Assembly: GCA_016861245.1 (NCBI GenBank) | Contig: BOKZ01000001.1 | Location: forward strand, 13,107 to 77,106 | Origin: Patescibacteria group bacterium | GTDB taxonomy: Bacteria > Patescibacteriota > UBA1384 > 2-12-FULL-50-11 | Length of the DNA stretch: 64,000 bases | Direction of reading: 5' to 3' | Shown: positions 1-9,472 of the stretch, in pieces | Layout: every line of letters begins with the position of its first letter | Position numbering within the stretch: the stretch's first letter is position 1 | The notes under the pieces: generated by a model | Database searches by the model: none | What the model was told of the DNA's origin: nothing | Seen by the model: the letters and a program-made list of their open reading frames with translations, nothing else | Translations under genes and position numbers: made by a program

Positions 1-82
1 CAATTGATGGACTTGTCCTAAAACCATAAAAATTCTGCTGGCCTGGTAAGAAAATTATACTACGTTTCGAGTTTTGCAAGAA

Positions 83-652
83 TTACCGACCGATAACGTA
101 ATTATACAACTTTTCAGGTGTGTCTACAGTATTGCCGTTTCTACAGCCGTCGTAGTGCGTGCCGCCGAACGTAGTTTCCCAAGTATTGCCTAACCGGCAG
201 CGATTCGTGTTTTCGTCTGCTGATAACGAACGCTCTAAACTAGCGGTAATTCGATAATGCTTACCAGACAGTCCTGTCGCTGATGAGATGTTGTAATAGT
301 AAGGGTTCGATTGCGGATCGGTCGGAATAGCGGATAAATAGTAATCGAAGCCGTTGCAGTCGTCGGGCAGTGCCGACAAGCTGTCGACCGTTTTCCAGTC
401 CCAACGACCGGTACCATTTTTTGCTTCTCTTGTCCCAGGATACTGTCCGACAGCTGAAGGATTCACGCAGGTTAAATCTAGAAACCGCGCCTCAAATCCC
501 TGAGCGATCGTAGCAACGTCTGACTTTCGCTTCGAATCTCGTGACTGTCTCAGGGCTTGAAGATACACAAAAGCAGCAAGGCTAGCCAGAATACTAATGA
601 TTGAGATCACGGATAACGCCTCAATTAGGGTGAAGCCTCGTCTAGTTGTCAT
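83..652 (-). CDS. Type IV pilin-like protein (prepilin-type N-terminal cleavage/methylation domain)
   Basis: The N-terminus MTTRRGFTLIEALSVISIISILASLAAF fits the class III signal pattern (G-F-T-L-I-E then a hydrophobic helix). The rest is a Cys-containing globular domain. Confidence 0.7.
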   Translation of the reverse strand: MTTRRGFTLIEALSVISIISILASLAAFVYLQALRQSRDSKRKSDVATIAQGFEARFLDLTCVNPSAVGQYPGTREAKNGTGRWDWKTVDSLSALPDDCNGFDYYLSAIPTDPQSNPYYYNISSATGLSGKHYRITASLERSLSADENTNRCRLGNTWETTFGGTHYDGCRNGNTVDTPEKLYNYVIGR

Positions 653-1911
653 TACTTTTCATAGCGTAACTCAAAGAAACGGTGCTTGCCAATTTGAAGA
701 GTTACATTTTTTTCTGCCAAGACAATTTTTTCGCGTGGATCGCTTTTAATCACACCTGCGATTCTTACACCATTTTGCGAGATTAAACGCTGAGCGTGCG
801 AACTACTTTCTTTGAGCGACTGCGTTACAGCTTGGATGAGCGTAATCTCGGGATCGCTAAACGTTATCGTTGTTCGTTCGGCCTGATCAATCTTTTTATC
901 TTTAAATGTTCCGTCGAATCGTTTTCGGCATTGGATCGCTTGTTCCTTACTGTAGTAGCGGGCAACGATCGCTTCCGCGACGTCTGCTTTCGCTTCGCGT
1001 GGATGTCGATGATTCAGAAGACGAATCTGTTCTTGATCCATCCACGCCGCTAATTCGCCAAAATTTGCGATCAGCTCGTCTGGAATACTCATAACCTTAC
1101 CGAACATTTGATCAGCTGTTTCGTTGATGGCGATGTAATTATCGTACGATTTACTCATCTTCCGAGTACCATCCAATCCAAGCAACGGCTTCATCATTAT
1201 TACGCCTTGGGGTGCTTGGCCGAGCTTCTTTTGTAGTTCTCTGGCCGTCAAGAAATTTAATCGTTGATCCCATCCGCCTAATTCGATATCCGCTTTTAAA
1301 TGAACTGAATCGATCCCCTGAAACAGCGGATAAAGTAGTTCGTGGAGCGAGACCGGATTACTCTGTGCTAAGCGGTTAGCGAAGTCTTCGCGTTCGATCA
1401 GTGAGTTAACTGAGATTTGCATCGTGTAGCCAACTAACTCCTTGATCGTCATCGAACTAAGCCATTCGGAGTTGTTGACGACGGTTGCCTTGTCGATATC
1501 GATAATCTTAGCAGCCTGGTCGAGGTAGCCTGCCATATTGGACTTTATCTCATCCTCGGAAAGTACCGGTCGGGTTTTGTTACTACCGGCCGGGTCGCCG
1601 ATCCCAGCAGTGAAATCGCCGATCACCAGTACTGCCTGATGCCCAAGGTCTTGGAGCTGACGCAGCTTCCGAAGTGGCAGCGCATGTCCGAGGTGCATGT
1701 CCGGGCTCGTTGGGTCAACGCCGAGTTTTACTATTAGTGGTTTGTCGGCCATCAATAAGCTCTTTACCTCGTCTTTGACAACGACTTCTGCGACGCCCTG
1801 CGTTAGTACAGTCTCTAACTTTTCTTCCATTGTTATAGCGTTAGTATGCGATACGCTCTCGAGAAACGCAACTGCTCTTATAGCGTTAAAGCGTGTATAA
1901 TTGAACGACAT
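652..1911 (-). CDS. tyrS: Tyrosyl-tRNA synthetase
   Basis: GVDPTSPDMHLGH (HIGH region), GDFTAGIGDPAG and KMSKS motifs, plus a C-terminal S4-like domain. The start may be the internal Met near 1830, because the listed start lies only 6 nt from the divergent PBP start. Confidence 0.8.
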   Translation of the reverse strand: MSFNYTRFNAIRAVAFLESVSHTNAITMEEKLETVLTQGVAEVVVKDEVKSLLMADKPLIVKLGVDPTSPDMHLGHALPLRKLRQLQDLGHQAVLVIGDFTAGIGDPAGSNKTRPVLSEDEIKSNMAGYLDQAAKIIDIDKATVVNNSEWLSSMTIKELVGYTMQISVNSLIEREDFANRLAQSNPVSLHELLYPLFQGIDSVHLKADIELGGWDQRLNFLTARELQKKLGQAPQGVIMMKPLLGLDGTRKMSKSYDNYIAINETADQMFGKVMSIPDELIANFGELAAWMDQEQIRLLNHRHPREAKADVAEAIVARYYSKEQAIQCRKRFDGTFKDKKIDQAERTTITFSDPEITLIQAVTQSLKESSSHAQRLISQNGVRIAGVIKSDPREKIVLAEKNVTLQIGKHRFFELRYEK

Positions 1912-1916
1912 CTACT

Positions 1917-4760
1917 ATGAAAAAGTTTCGCATTAGTTTGCCGAAGTTCCGCTGGCCACTGTCAAATCCTGTCCAAGTCACAAAATTGCACCAGAAGCTT
2001 TTCGGGAAGAACCGACGAAAACTAACGTGGAAGCGCGTCGGAGTTGTCTTTTTATGGGGCTTAGGAACGGTAATCCTCGGAATTGTTTTACTGTTTGCTT
2101 GGTTTGCTAAGGATTTACCGACGCCCGGTAAAATCCGAGCGCTTACATCTGAGAGCTCAACACGGCTATTTGATCGCAATATGAAGCCTCTTTACACCAT
2201 CTCGGGGGAGAAGAAGCGGATACTAGTTGAGAGTAACGAAATTCCCGACGTCGTTCGTCAAGCAACAATCGCGCTTGAAGATCATAATTTTTACGAACAT
2301 ATCGGCATCGACGCCAAAGGTTTAGCCAGAGCGGTAATTTACGGCGGCTCGCGTGGCGGCGGCTCGACGATTACCCAACAGTTTATTAGTAATAGTTTGC
2401 TCGATAAAAAGCGGACGATTGTTCGTAAAATCAAAGAAGCAATTCTTGCAGTAGAGCTTGAGGCGCTTTACGACAAAGACAAGATTCTTACTATGTACCT
2501 TAATGAGATTCCGTACGGCGGTAATAATTACGGAATCGAGGCGGCAGCTCGCTCGTTTTTCGGAAAATCGGCGATGGAGTTAACGCTCTCAGAGGCAGCG
2601 ACGCTCGCGGCGCTCCCCCAACAGCCGTCAACGCTCTCACCGTACGGACCAAACCAAGATAAGTTACTAGCCAGGCGTAATTTCGCGTTAGATGAGATGA
2701 CTGACCTTGGGTTTATCACAAAGGAACAGGCTGAGGCCGCTAAAAATGAGGTTCCTAAATTTGTAGCTAAACGCGAATCGATAACTGCGCCGCACTTTGT
2801 TATTTACGTTAAAGACTGGCTTGTTACTCACTTTGAAGAAGAATTAGGCGACAAGCAGCTAGCAGAGCAGAAAGTTGAAAGCGGCGGCTTAACTGTTATT
2901 ACAACGTTAGATTTAGACAAACAACGAATCGCCGAAGACGCTATCGCTAAAGTCCGTGACACCACACTCAAACGCGCCGGCGCTAGTAACGCCGCATTAG
3001 TGTCGATCGATCCGAAACGCGGCGAGGTTATCGCCATGGTCGGCTCGGTCGATTATTTCCAAGAGCAGTTTGGCGCGTTTAATATCGCTACTGCTAAACG
3101 ACAGCCAGGATCGTCGTTTAAACCGATCGTGTACGCCGCTGGTTTTAAAGAAAAGTATAACCCGGCGTACGTGCTCTACGACTTAAAGACTGATTTTGGT
3201 AATTACGAACCCGATAACTTCGATAACCGTTTCCGTGGTCCGGTTACAATTCGACAAGCGCTCGGAAACTCCCTGAATATCCCAGCAGTCAAGATGGCCG
3301 GGATGGTCGGTTTAGAGAAGGTGCTCAGTACTGCGAGCGATCTTGGCATTACAACACTTACCGATAAAGACCGGTACGGGCTTTCGGTAGCGCTCGGTGG
3401 CGGCGAGGTACGACTGCTCGATATGGCAACCGCCTACGGAGTGTTCGCCAATAAAGGTACGCTGGTACCAACGACACCGATTCTTAAGATTACCGATTCT
3501 TCAGAAAAGGAGTTATATAACCACGATCAGCCGAAAGACAGTCGAGAAGTGCTCAACCCACAAGCCGCCTACCAAGTTACAAGTATATTAGCTGATGTTG
3601 AGGCGAAGCGTCCGGTGTTCTCGGGCGTGATGAACGTGTTAACGCTGAGAAACCGACCAGTCGCTTCCAAGACTGGTACGACCAACGCCTATCGCGACGC
3701 TTGGACGGTCGGTTACACGCCGCAGTACGCTACTGCCGTTTGGGCCGGCAATAACGACCAGACAGCTATGAACCGCGCCGGCGGCTCAACTGCGGCTGCC
3801 CCAATTTGGGACGATTTTATGGAACGGGTTCACGCCGATCTACCTGTCGAGCAGTTCGAACGACCAGCTGGGATCGAAGAGATAACTGTCGATCGGCTCT
3901 CAAATAAGCTACCCATCGAAGGCTCAGAGCCGATTAAAGATATTTTCGCTAAATGGCAGATTCCGACCGAAAAAGACGACGTTCACGCGCGAGTACGAGT
4001 CTGTAAGGAAAACGGCTTACTCGCCGACGCCAGTATCCCTAACGAATTAGCTGAAGAACGGACGTTTTCATACGTTAAATCAGAAAAGCCGGAGAACCCG
4101 AATTGGGAGAATCCTGTTCGCGCTTGGGCGATCGCAAATGGCTACAATAACAAACCACCGACCGAGAAATGTTCTGGTGCTGGCGACGTCAAACCAACTA
4201 TTTCCATTACTACCCCCGGAAACGGTACAGAAGTTACTGGGGTGTTCGCCATCGCCGCGTCAGCGAGCGCACTGAGCGGCGTACGCCAAGTTGAGTTCCT
4301 TATCGATAACACTTCGATCGGAATCGATACCGGCGCGCCGTACGAAACCAGTTATAACGCAGCCAATTTATCGAACGGTTCTCATACGATCGGCGCGATC
4401 GTAACAAGTAACAACGGCGCGACCGCCTCGACGCAAGTTACGGTTACTGTAAGTAACGACACGACGCCCCCGGACAACGTTACCGGCTTTACCGGCTCAC
4501 CTGGACCAGGGTCCGGAAAAGTCTCGCTCCTCTGGGCATCAAACCCGCCGCAAAGCGACTTCAAACTAGTTCGGATTTACGTATATCTTGACGCGAGTAA
4601 CACCTTACTTCGAACTGTCGAAGTAAATAAGCCAAATAAATCGGTGGTAATTAGCGGGCTAACAAGTCTAATTGCTCACCGATTCGTTGCTAAAACCGTT
4701 GACGAAGTCGGTAACGAGAATAACACCAACAACCCGTTCGTTGTAATCACCCCGCCTTAA
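1917..4760 (+). CDS. Class A penicillin-binding protein (transglycosylase/transpeptidase) with C-terminal Ig-like extension
   Basis: N-terminal TM helix. GT51 motifs EDHNFYEH..GGSTITQQ. Transpeptidase SSFKP and SKTGT motifs. About 250 aa of C-terminal Thr/Ser-rich Ig/Fn3-like sequence. Confidence 0.88.
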   Translation: MKKFRISLPKFRWPLSNPVQVTKLHQKLFGKNRRKLTWKRVGVVFLWGLGTVILGIVLLFAWFAKDLPTPGKIRALTSESSTRLFDRNMKPLYTISGEKKRILVESNEIPDVVRQATIALEDHNFYEHIGIDAKGLARAVIYGGSRGGGSTITQQFISNSLLDKKRTIVRKIKEAILAVELEALYDKDKILTMYLNEIPYGGNNYGIEAAARSFFGKSAMELTLSEAATLAALPQQPSTLSPYGPNQDKLLARRNFALDEMTDLGFITKEQAEAAKNEVPKFVAKRESITAPHFVIYVKDWLVTHFEEELGDKQLAEQKVESGGLTVITTLDLDKQRIAEDAIAKVRDTTLKRAGASNAALVSIDPKRGEVIAMVGSVDYFQEQFGAFNIATAKRQPGSSFKPIVYAAGFKEKYNPAYVLYDLKTDFGNYEPDNFDNRFRGPVTIRQALGNSLNIPAVKMAGMVGLEKVLSTASDLGITTLTDKDRYGLSVALGGGEVRLLDMATAYGVFANKGTLVPTTPILKITDSSEKELYNHDQPKDSREVLNPQAAYQVTSILADVEAKRPVFSGVMNVLTLRNRPVASKTGTTNAYRDAWTVGYTPQYATAVWAGNNDQTAMNRAGGSTAAAPIWDDFMERVHADLPVEQFERPAGIEEITVDRLSNKLPIEGSEPIKDIFAKWQIPTEKDDVHARVRVCKENGLLADASIPNELAEERTFSYVKSEKPENPNWENPVRAWAIANGYNNKPPTEKCSGAGDVKPTISITTPGNGTEVTGVFAIAASASALSGVRQVEFLIDNTSIGIDTGAPYETSYNAANLSNGSHTIGAIVTSNNGATASTQVTVTVSNDTTPPDNVTGFTGSPGPGSGKVSLLWASNPPQSDFKLVRIYVYLDASNTLLRTVEVNKPNKSVVISGLTSLIAHRFVAKTVDEVGNENNTNNPFVVITPP

Positions 4761-4762
4761 GA

Positions 4763-6067
4763 TTACTTCTCAATCAGTACTGGTATTGCTCGGACCGAGC
4801 GGAGTTTTGGATTGACTATATAGCCAAGACGCTTCGCTTCCTTGATGCGACGTTCGTTATCGAACGGTGGCCTAACTTCGCCAAGCAGACCGATCTCACC
4901 CAAGAAAACCATCTTCGGCTGGAGAACTTTTTTAGTTAATCCAGAGATAATCGCTGCCGCGATCGCCAAATCGATTCCCGGGTCTTTCAAGCTAAATCCC
5001 CCGACTACATTTAAGTAAACGTCGTATTGTGAGAGCGGCAACTCTAGGCGGTTCTCCAGTACTGCTAATAGCACCATTAAACGGTTGGCTTCGATTCCTT
5101 GCGCCGTTCGTTTGGGATAACCGTAACTTGTTTTGGTAAGTAAGGCCTGGATCTCAACAACGAAGGCGCGAGTACCTTCTTGAGTGATGGTTAACGAGCG
5201 CCCCGGAATCTCTTCGCCAATCAGCTGCTCAAACAGCGCCCCAGGGTCTTTAACTGGGTCGAGACCGCTTTGGGTAATCTGCCAAATACCGACTTCATCG
5301 GTCGATCCGTATCGATTCTTTTCTGCTCGAAGCACCCTCAATCCGGTTTGTTTATCACCTTCTAAGTAGAGAACGACGTCGACGAGGTGCTCTAAGACTT
5401 TCGGGCCGGCAACTACGCCTTCTTTAGTAACGTGACCGACTACCAATATCGCGGTGCCAAGCTGCTTGGCTAATTGCTGGAGTCGCCACGTATTCTCGCG
5501 AACCTGCACTAGCGAGCCGGGAGTACCAGCGACCGTATCGTCAAACACCGTTTGAATCGAGTCGATAACCACTAATGGCGGTCGGTGTTGCTTAATTGTC
5601 GCGATAATCCGATTGATATCGCGTTCAGCTGCGATCGATAACTGACTTTTTGTTAATCCTAAGCGAGACGCACGAAGGTAGATTTGATTCGTTGATTCTT
5701 CAGCCGAAAAATAGAGCGTTCCTTTAATTGAGCTAGCAACCTGTAACAGCAGCGTGCTCTTACCAACTCCTGGCGTGCCGGCTAACAGCAGTACTGAACC
5801 TGGTACGATCCCTGGGTCTTCACCGCCGAGAACACGATCGAATTCAGCTAATTTTGAGAGGATTCGCTCCTGTTTTGAGATCGCGAGTGATGCGATTGGA
5901 GACAACTCGACTGATTCGGCGTTCTTCTCACTAAGCGCAATAGCTTCATGTTCTTCGGTAATGGTGTTCCACTCACCGCAAGTGCCACACCGGCCCGACC
6001 AGCTGGTAAACTTTGCGCCGCAGTTAGAGCAAGAGTATGTGACTTTATTTTTTGCCATGGAATTCAA
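4763..6067 (-). CDS. radA: DNA repair protein RadA/Sms
   Basis: N-terminal C4 zinc finger CSNCGAKF..CGTCGEW. Walker A GTPGVGKST. KNRYG motif. Lon-like C-terminal domain. Confidence 0.9.
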   Translation of the reverse strand: MNSMAKNKVTYSCSNCGAKFTSWSGRCGTCGEWNTITEEHEAIALSEKNAESVELSPIASLAISKQERILSKLAEFDRVLGGEDPGIVPGSVLLLAGTPGVGKSTLLLQVASSIKGTLYFSAEESTNQIYLRASRLGLTKSQLSIAAERDINRIIATIKQHRPPLVVIDSIQTVFDDTVAGTPGSLVQVRENTWRLQQLAKQLGTAILVVGHVTKEGVVAGPKVLEHLVDVVLYLEGDKQTGLRVLRAEKNRYGSTDEVGIWQITQSGLDPVKDPGALFEQLIGEEIPGRSLTITQEGTRAFVVEIQALLTKTSYGYPKRTAQGIEANRLMVLLAVLENRLELPLSQYDVYLNVVGGFSLKDPGIDLAIAAAIISGLTKKVLQPKMVFLGEIGLLGEVRPPFDNERRIKEAKRLGYIVNPKLRSVRAIPVLIEK

Positions 6068-7745
6068 TTATTTCTTTGCCGGCTGGATGATAGTCGACTA
6101 GCCGCACTTGCAATGAACGACGGTTATTCCAAACGTTCTCTTCTAAAGACCCGAGACAATCGATTACTGGTACGTCGCCAAAAAGTTCGTGAGTGTTGAT
6201 CATGTTAAAACCGATAATATCAAAACTGACCTCGCCGATCCTTCCGATCGTTTTAATATGATTTTGTTTGCGACCGAGTTTTTTGAGAGGCTCTATCTGC
6301 ACATTCTGGATAATGAACAACGGTTGTGGGTTCTGCAAGCCAAACGGTTCAAGTTGTTTAATACGACGCGCCGTTTCTAACGTTACTTCATCTGACTGCA
6401 AGATCGCATCGGCGCTGAAACTTGCCAATAAGTCTTGCTCGGAAAGCTGTTGGCTTGCGTGTTCTTTGATCGCGTCAACAAACTTCGTGTAGTTCTCCTT
6501 TTTTAACGCAAGCCCAGCTGCGGTCCGATGACCGCCGAAGCGTTCGAGCAGCGACGCTTGTGAAGTTAGGCCGTCGATTAATGAGTAGTTATCGCCTGAG
6601 CGGCCACTACCGGAATACTGTCCGTCGCTATAACTCAATACAACTACCGGACGGTTGTGTTGTTGGCAGATTTTACCAGCGGTAAGTCCAAGTAGCCCGG
6701 TGGGCCAAGACTCACCGCTTACGACAAAAAATTTATCGCTTGGGTCGTTTTGAAGGAATAACTCCTTCTCAACTAAGAGATACAACTCATTAACTAGGTC
6801 TTGCCGCTCTTTATTGAAGCGTTCGATCGTTCGAGCAAGCTTAAGTGCTTCGCGTGGATCCTCGGTCCTGAGTAAATCGTAAACAATTCGGTTATCACTG
6901 AGCCTGCCGCCAGCGTTAAATCTAGGACCGATCGCATACCCGATCGATGACGCATCGACGTTTTTCGGTTCGATCCCCGCTACTTCTAATAATGCCTTTA
7001 ACCCAACTCGCCGATTTTTTTGCAACACAATCAGGCCGTAATGAACCAGTGTTCGATTTTCGTCTCGCATTACCATCATGTCGGCTACCGTCGAGATGGC
7101 AACGATATCGAGTAACCATTTACGAAACGATTCTGGGAGACTGTCTGGAAAATCCTTCGAGAGTGCTTGGATAAACTTGTAAGCAACGGCGCAGCCGCAG
7201 ATATGTGGGAACGGGTACTTCGATGCCGGGACGAACGGATCGACAACCGCATCGGCCGGGGGGATTTCAGCTGCTGGCAAGTGATGATCTAGAATAATTA
7301 CTTGTAAACCTAACTCTTTTGCTCTTAAAACTTCTTTCGTTGATGTGATGCCGGTATCAACAGTTACGAGTACATCTGAGTGCTTTGCTGCCTGTTCAAC
7401 ATCCTCGAGTCGTAAACCGTACCCGGTTTCACGTGTCGGCAGCACGACCGTGTGCGGTACACCGAGTCGGTCGAATGAGAGTGAGAGGAGCGCCGCTGCC
7501 GGTGTTCCGTCGGCGTCGTAATCGCCGAATATTGTAACGTGTTTTTTTGCTCGTACTACTTCAGAGAAAACCCGACAAGCTTTTTCCATATCAGGTAATA
7601 GAAACGGATCGTGGAGATGACGCTCAAAATCGGGCGATAATTCTTCGGGGCGAATGGATCTAATGGCGCATAAATGCTCGACGATGTCATTGCTCTCACG
7701 TTGTCTCACCTGCCAACGCGGGCGTGAACTAGTAGAAATAGACAT
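6045..7745 (-). CDS. recJ: Single-stranded-DNA-specific exonuclease RecJ
   Basis: DHH motif (IILDHH), DHHA1 GGHRTAAG, length and domain order typical of RecJ. Confidence 0.85.
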   Translation of the reverse strand: MSISTSSRPRWQVRQRESNDIVEHLCAIRSIRPEELSPDFERHLHDPFLLPDMEKACRVFSEVVRAKKHVTIFGDYDADGTPAAALLSLSFDRLGVPHTVVLPTRETGYGLRLEDVEQAAKHSDVLVTVDTGITSTKEVLRAKELGLQVIILDHHLPAAEIPPADAVVDPFVPASKYPFPHICGCAVAYKFIQALSKDFPDSLPESFRKWLLDIVAISTVADMMVMRDENRTLVHYGLIVLQKNRRVGLKALLEVAGIEPKNVDASSIGYAIGPRFNAGGRLSDNRIVYDLLRTEDPREALKLARTIERFNKERQDLVNELYLLVEKELFLQNDPSDKFFVVSGESWPTGLLGLTAGKICQQHNRPVVVLSYSDGQYSGSGRSGDNYSLIDGLTSQASLLERFGGHRTAAGLALKKENYTKFVDAIKEHASQQLSEQDLLASFSADAILQSDEVTLETARRIKQLEPFGLQNPQPLFIIQNVQIEPLKKLGRKQNHIKTIGRIGEVSFDIIGFNMINTHELFGDVPVIDCLGSLEENVWNNRRSLQVRLVDYHPAGKEIIEFHGKK

Positions 7746-8514
7746 TGCCTGGGACTCTTAGATCAATTCGCTCTTTTATTTGTGCTGACCGTTCATCGAG
7801 TACCTTACTCAGAACCGTTACCTGAGACTCAACAGGATAGCTTGTAGTAAATAGCACAGTTATCGGACTTCCTGGGAACGTTTTATCAGCACGAGCGCTA
7901 ATTACAGCCCCAAATTGATAGAACGACTCTGTAATAAAAAGTTGAGAAACGGTAATGCCGTCTTTCAATAGCAACGCTACCAGCTGGTCGTAAGCCGCAA
8001 CCGTCTCCTCGCTCGTAACTTCTTCGCCGATCGAAACCGCCTTGCCTGCTCGGTCTTCCAGTATCGGCAGTTTTTCGTTAGTAAACTCAGTAAAGATGTA
8101 ACCAGATTTATCTAATAAGTACGATTTATCGCCTGTTTTCCACACGAACCGCGCCTCACGAGCTTTTGCTTCGCACCGTACTGTAGCCGGCAACCCACGA
8201 GTGCAACTAAACGACTCAAGTATCGGATATTCCTCGAGTGCCTTTCGCGCTAGTGTCTGTATTTTATTTGAAAATATTGACTGGCCAATTAGTGACTGTG
8301 CTAGTTCTGTAATTGCAATGGACGGACTATTGCGTACGTCAACGTGTTTTATCTGGAAAAAAGGTAAACGGCTAATTAACAGTCCGCCAACAAGCACAAC
8401 ACCTACAAATAATAACGGCCGGATCGGCCGATTGCTGCCGTTCGGTTGTGAGGCCTTCGGCGGTTTATAGATTGCATTAAAGACTTTCGGCGTTGGTGCT
8501 GTGTTTCTCATCAT
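7729..8514 (-). CDS. ftsQ: Cell division protein FtsQ/DivIB-like (POTRA domain)
   Basis: Single N-terminal TM helix, POTRA-like segment (SYLLDKSGYIF), position at the distal end of the dcw cluster. Confidence 0.6.
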   Translation of the reverse strand: MMRNTAPTPKVFNAIYKPPKASQPNGSNRPIRPLLFVGVVLVGGLLISRLPFFQIKHVDVRNSPSIAITELAQSLIGQSIFSNKIQTLARKALEEYPILESFSCTRGLPATVRCEAKAREARFVWKTGDKSYLLDKSGYIFTEFTNEKLPILEDRAGKAVSIGEEVTSEETVAAYDQLVALLLKDGITVSQLFITESFYQFGAVISARADKTFPGSPITVLFTTSYPVESQVTVLSKVLDERSAQIKERIDLRVPGNVYFY

Positions 8515-9472
8515 CCTCAGGCCAGTATCCCAGATAGGTTAGTCGAACATCAAGCGTGTTAGATCCGTTACTGAGAGTTCTCGAAACTTGTTCGATAAAA
8601 CTCCTTATCGCCGAACCATTAACGTCTTTTTTTCGTTGGATTGTGAGAATATTTGGGTTTTTCAGTGAGTATCTAACGCCGTCCGGCGGCTTCGGTAAGC
8701 GCAAGTCTCTGCGCTCAAATAGAGGAATGTCAGAGATGAAATTCGAAAATGTCACTCCTCGGTTTGCGTTAACTACCGATCGAAGCTGCTTAAGACGTTG
8801 AAATATCTCATATTGAGATAATTGAGCAAGCTGTAACCGTGCGGTTAGAATGATCGGCTGGAAACCTGCCTCAGAGGTAAAAATGCGCTGATACGGCGTA
8901 TCGGGTAGTTCGGTAATCGGTACGGTCATCGTTTTACCGCCGTCAGTGTCAGGAATAAATACCACAATTTCCTTTAGGCATTGGTTACGAAGCGTCTTGC
9001 CGTCGTACGCGGCGTTAGTTGCTAGCGCACCGCCTATTGAGCCTGGAATTGCTGTTAGAAATTCGATCCCACCGTACGAGCGGTTCGCCGCCGACATTAC
9101 CAACGTCGAGTTACTAACACCGCTATCAACGACAACTTGTCGCGACTCCTCCGCAAAAAATATCGAGTCGGCTTGGTTACTGATAATCAGTCCTGGAAAT
9201 CCGACGTCGCTCGGCAAGCAAGCCGTAGCGCCGGCAACCACTTGGTACGGCATTTTTAGTTCGATCGCCAACTTTGCAACGTCGACGAGTTGCTGGCTGG
9301 TAGTAGTTGTCACAAAATACTCAACCACTCCCCCGATTCCGATTGGCAGTAGTTCTGCTAACGAGCGGTTCACCGCCACGTGCTGATCGCCGACGATCTC
9401 AGAAAATCGCCGCCGATGCTCAGCTGTCGCTAGTGAGTTTGTCGTAAATTTTGTAGACATCCCCAGCTCCAA
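8477..9472 (-). CDS. Divergent MurB-like protein (UDP-N-acetylenolpyruvoylglucosamine reductase family)
   Basis: IPGSIGGALATNAAYDGK resembles the MurB IPGTVGGA..NAGAYG motif, but the GGGSN FAD-binding motif is absent. Sits at the murB/ddl position of the dcw cluster. A canonical murB is at 41957-42892. Confidence 0.55.
   Translation of the reverse strand: MELGMSTKFTTNSLATAEHRRRFSEIVGDQHVAVNRSLAELLPIGIGGVVEYFVTTTTSQQLVDVAKLAIELKMPYQVVAGATACLPSDVGFPGLIISNQADSIFFAEESRQVVVDSGVSNSTLVMSAANRSYGGIEFLTAIPGSIGGALATNAAYDGKTLRNQCLKEIVVFIPDTDGGKTMTVPITELPDTPYQRIFTSEAGFQPIILTARLQLAQLSQYEIFQRLKQLRSVVNANRGVTFSNFISDIPLFERRDLRLPKPPDGVRYSLKNPNILTIQRKKDVNGSAIRSFIEQVSRTLSNGSNTLDVRLTYLGYWPEDDEKHSTNAESL

Noticed and set aside
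796-2179. Small ORFs antisense to tyrS and overlapping the pbp start (796-1053, 906-1094, 1697-1900, 1886-2179)
   Set aside because: They are embedded in, and antisense to, well-supported genes, with no conserved motifs.
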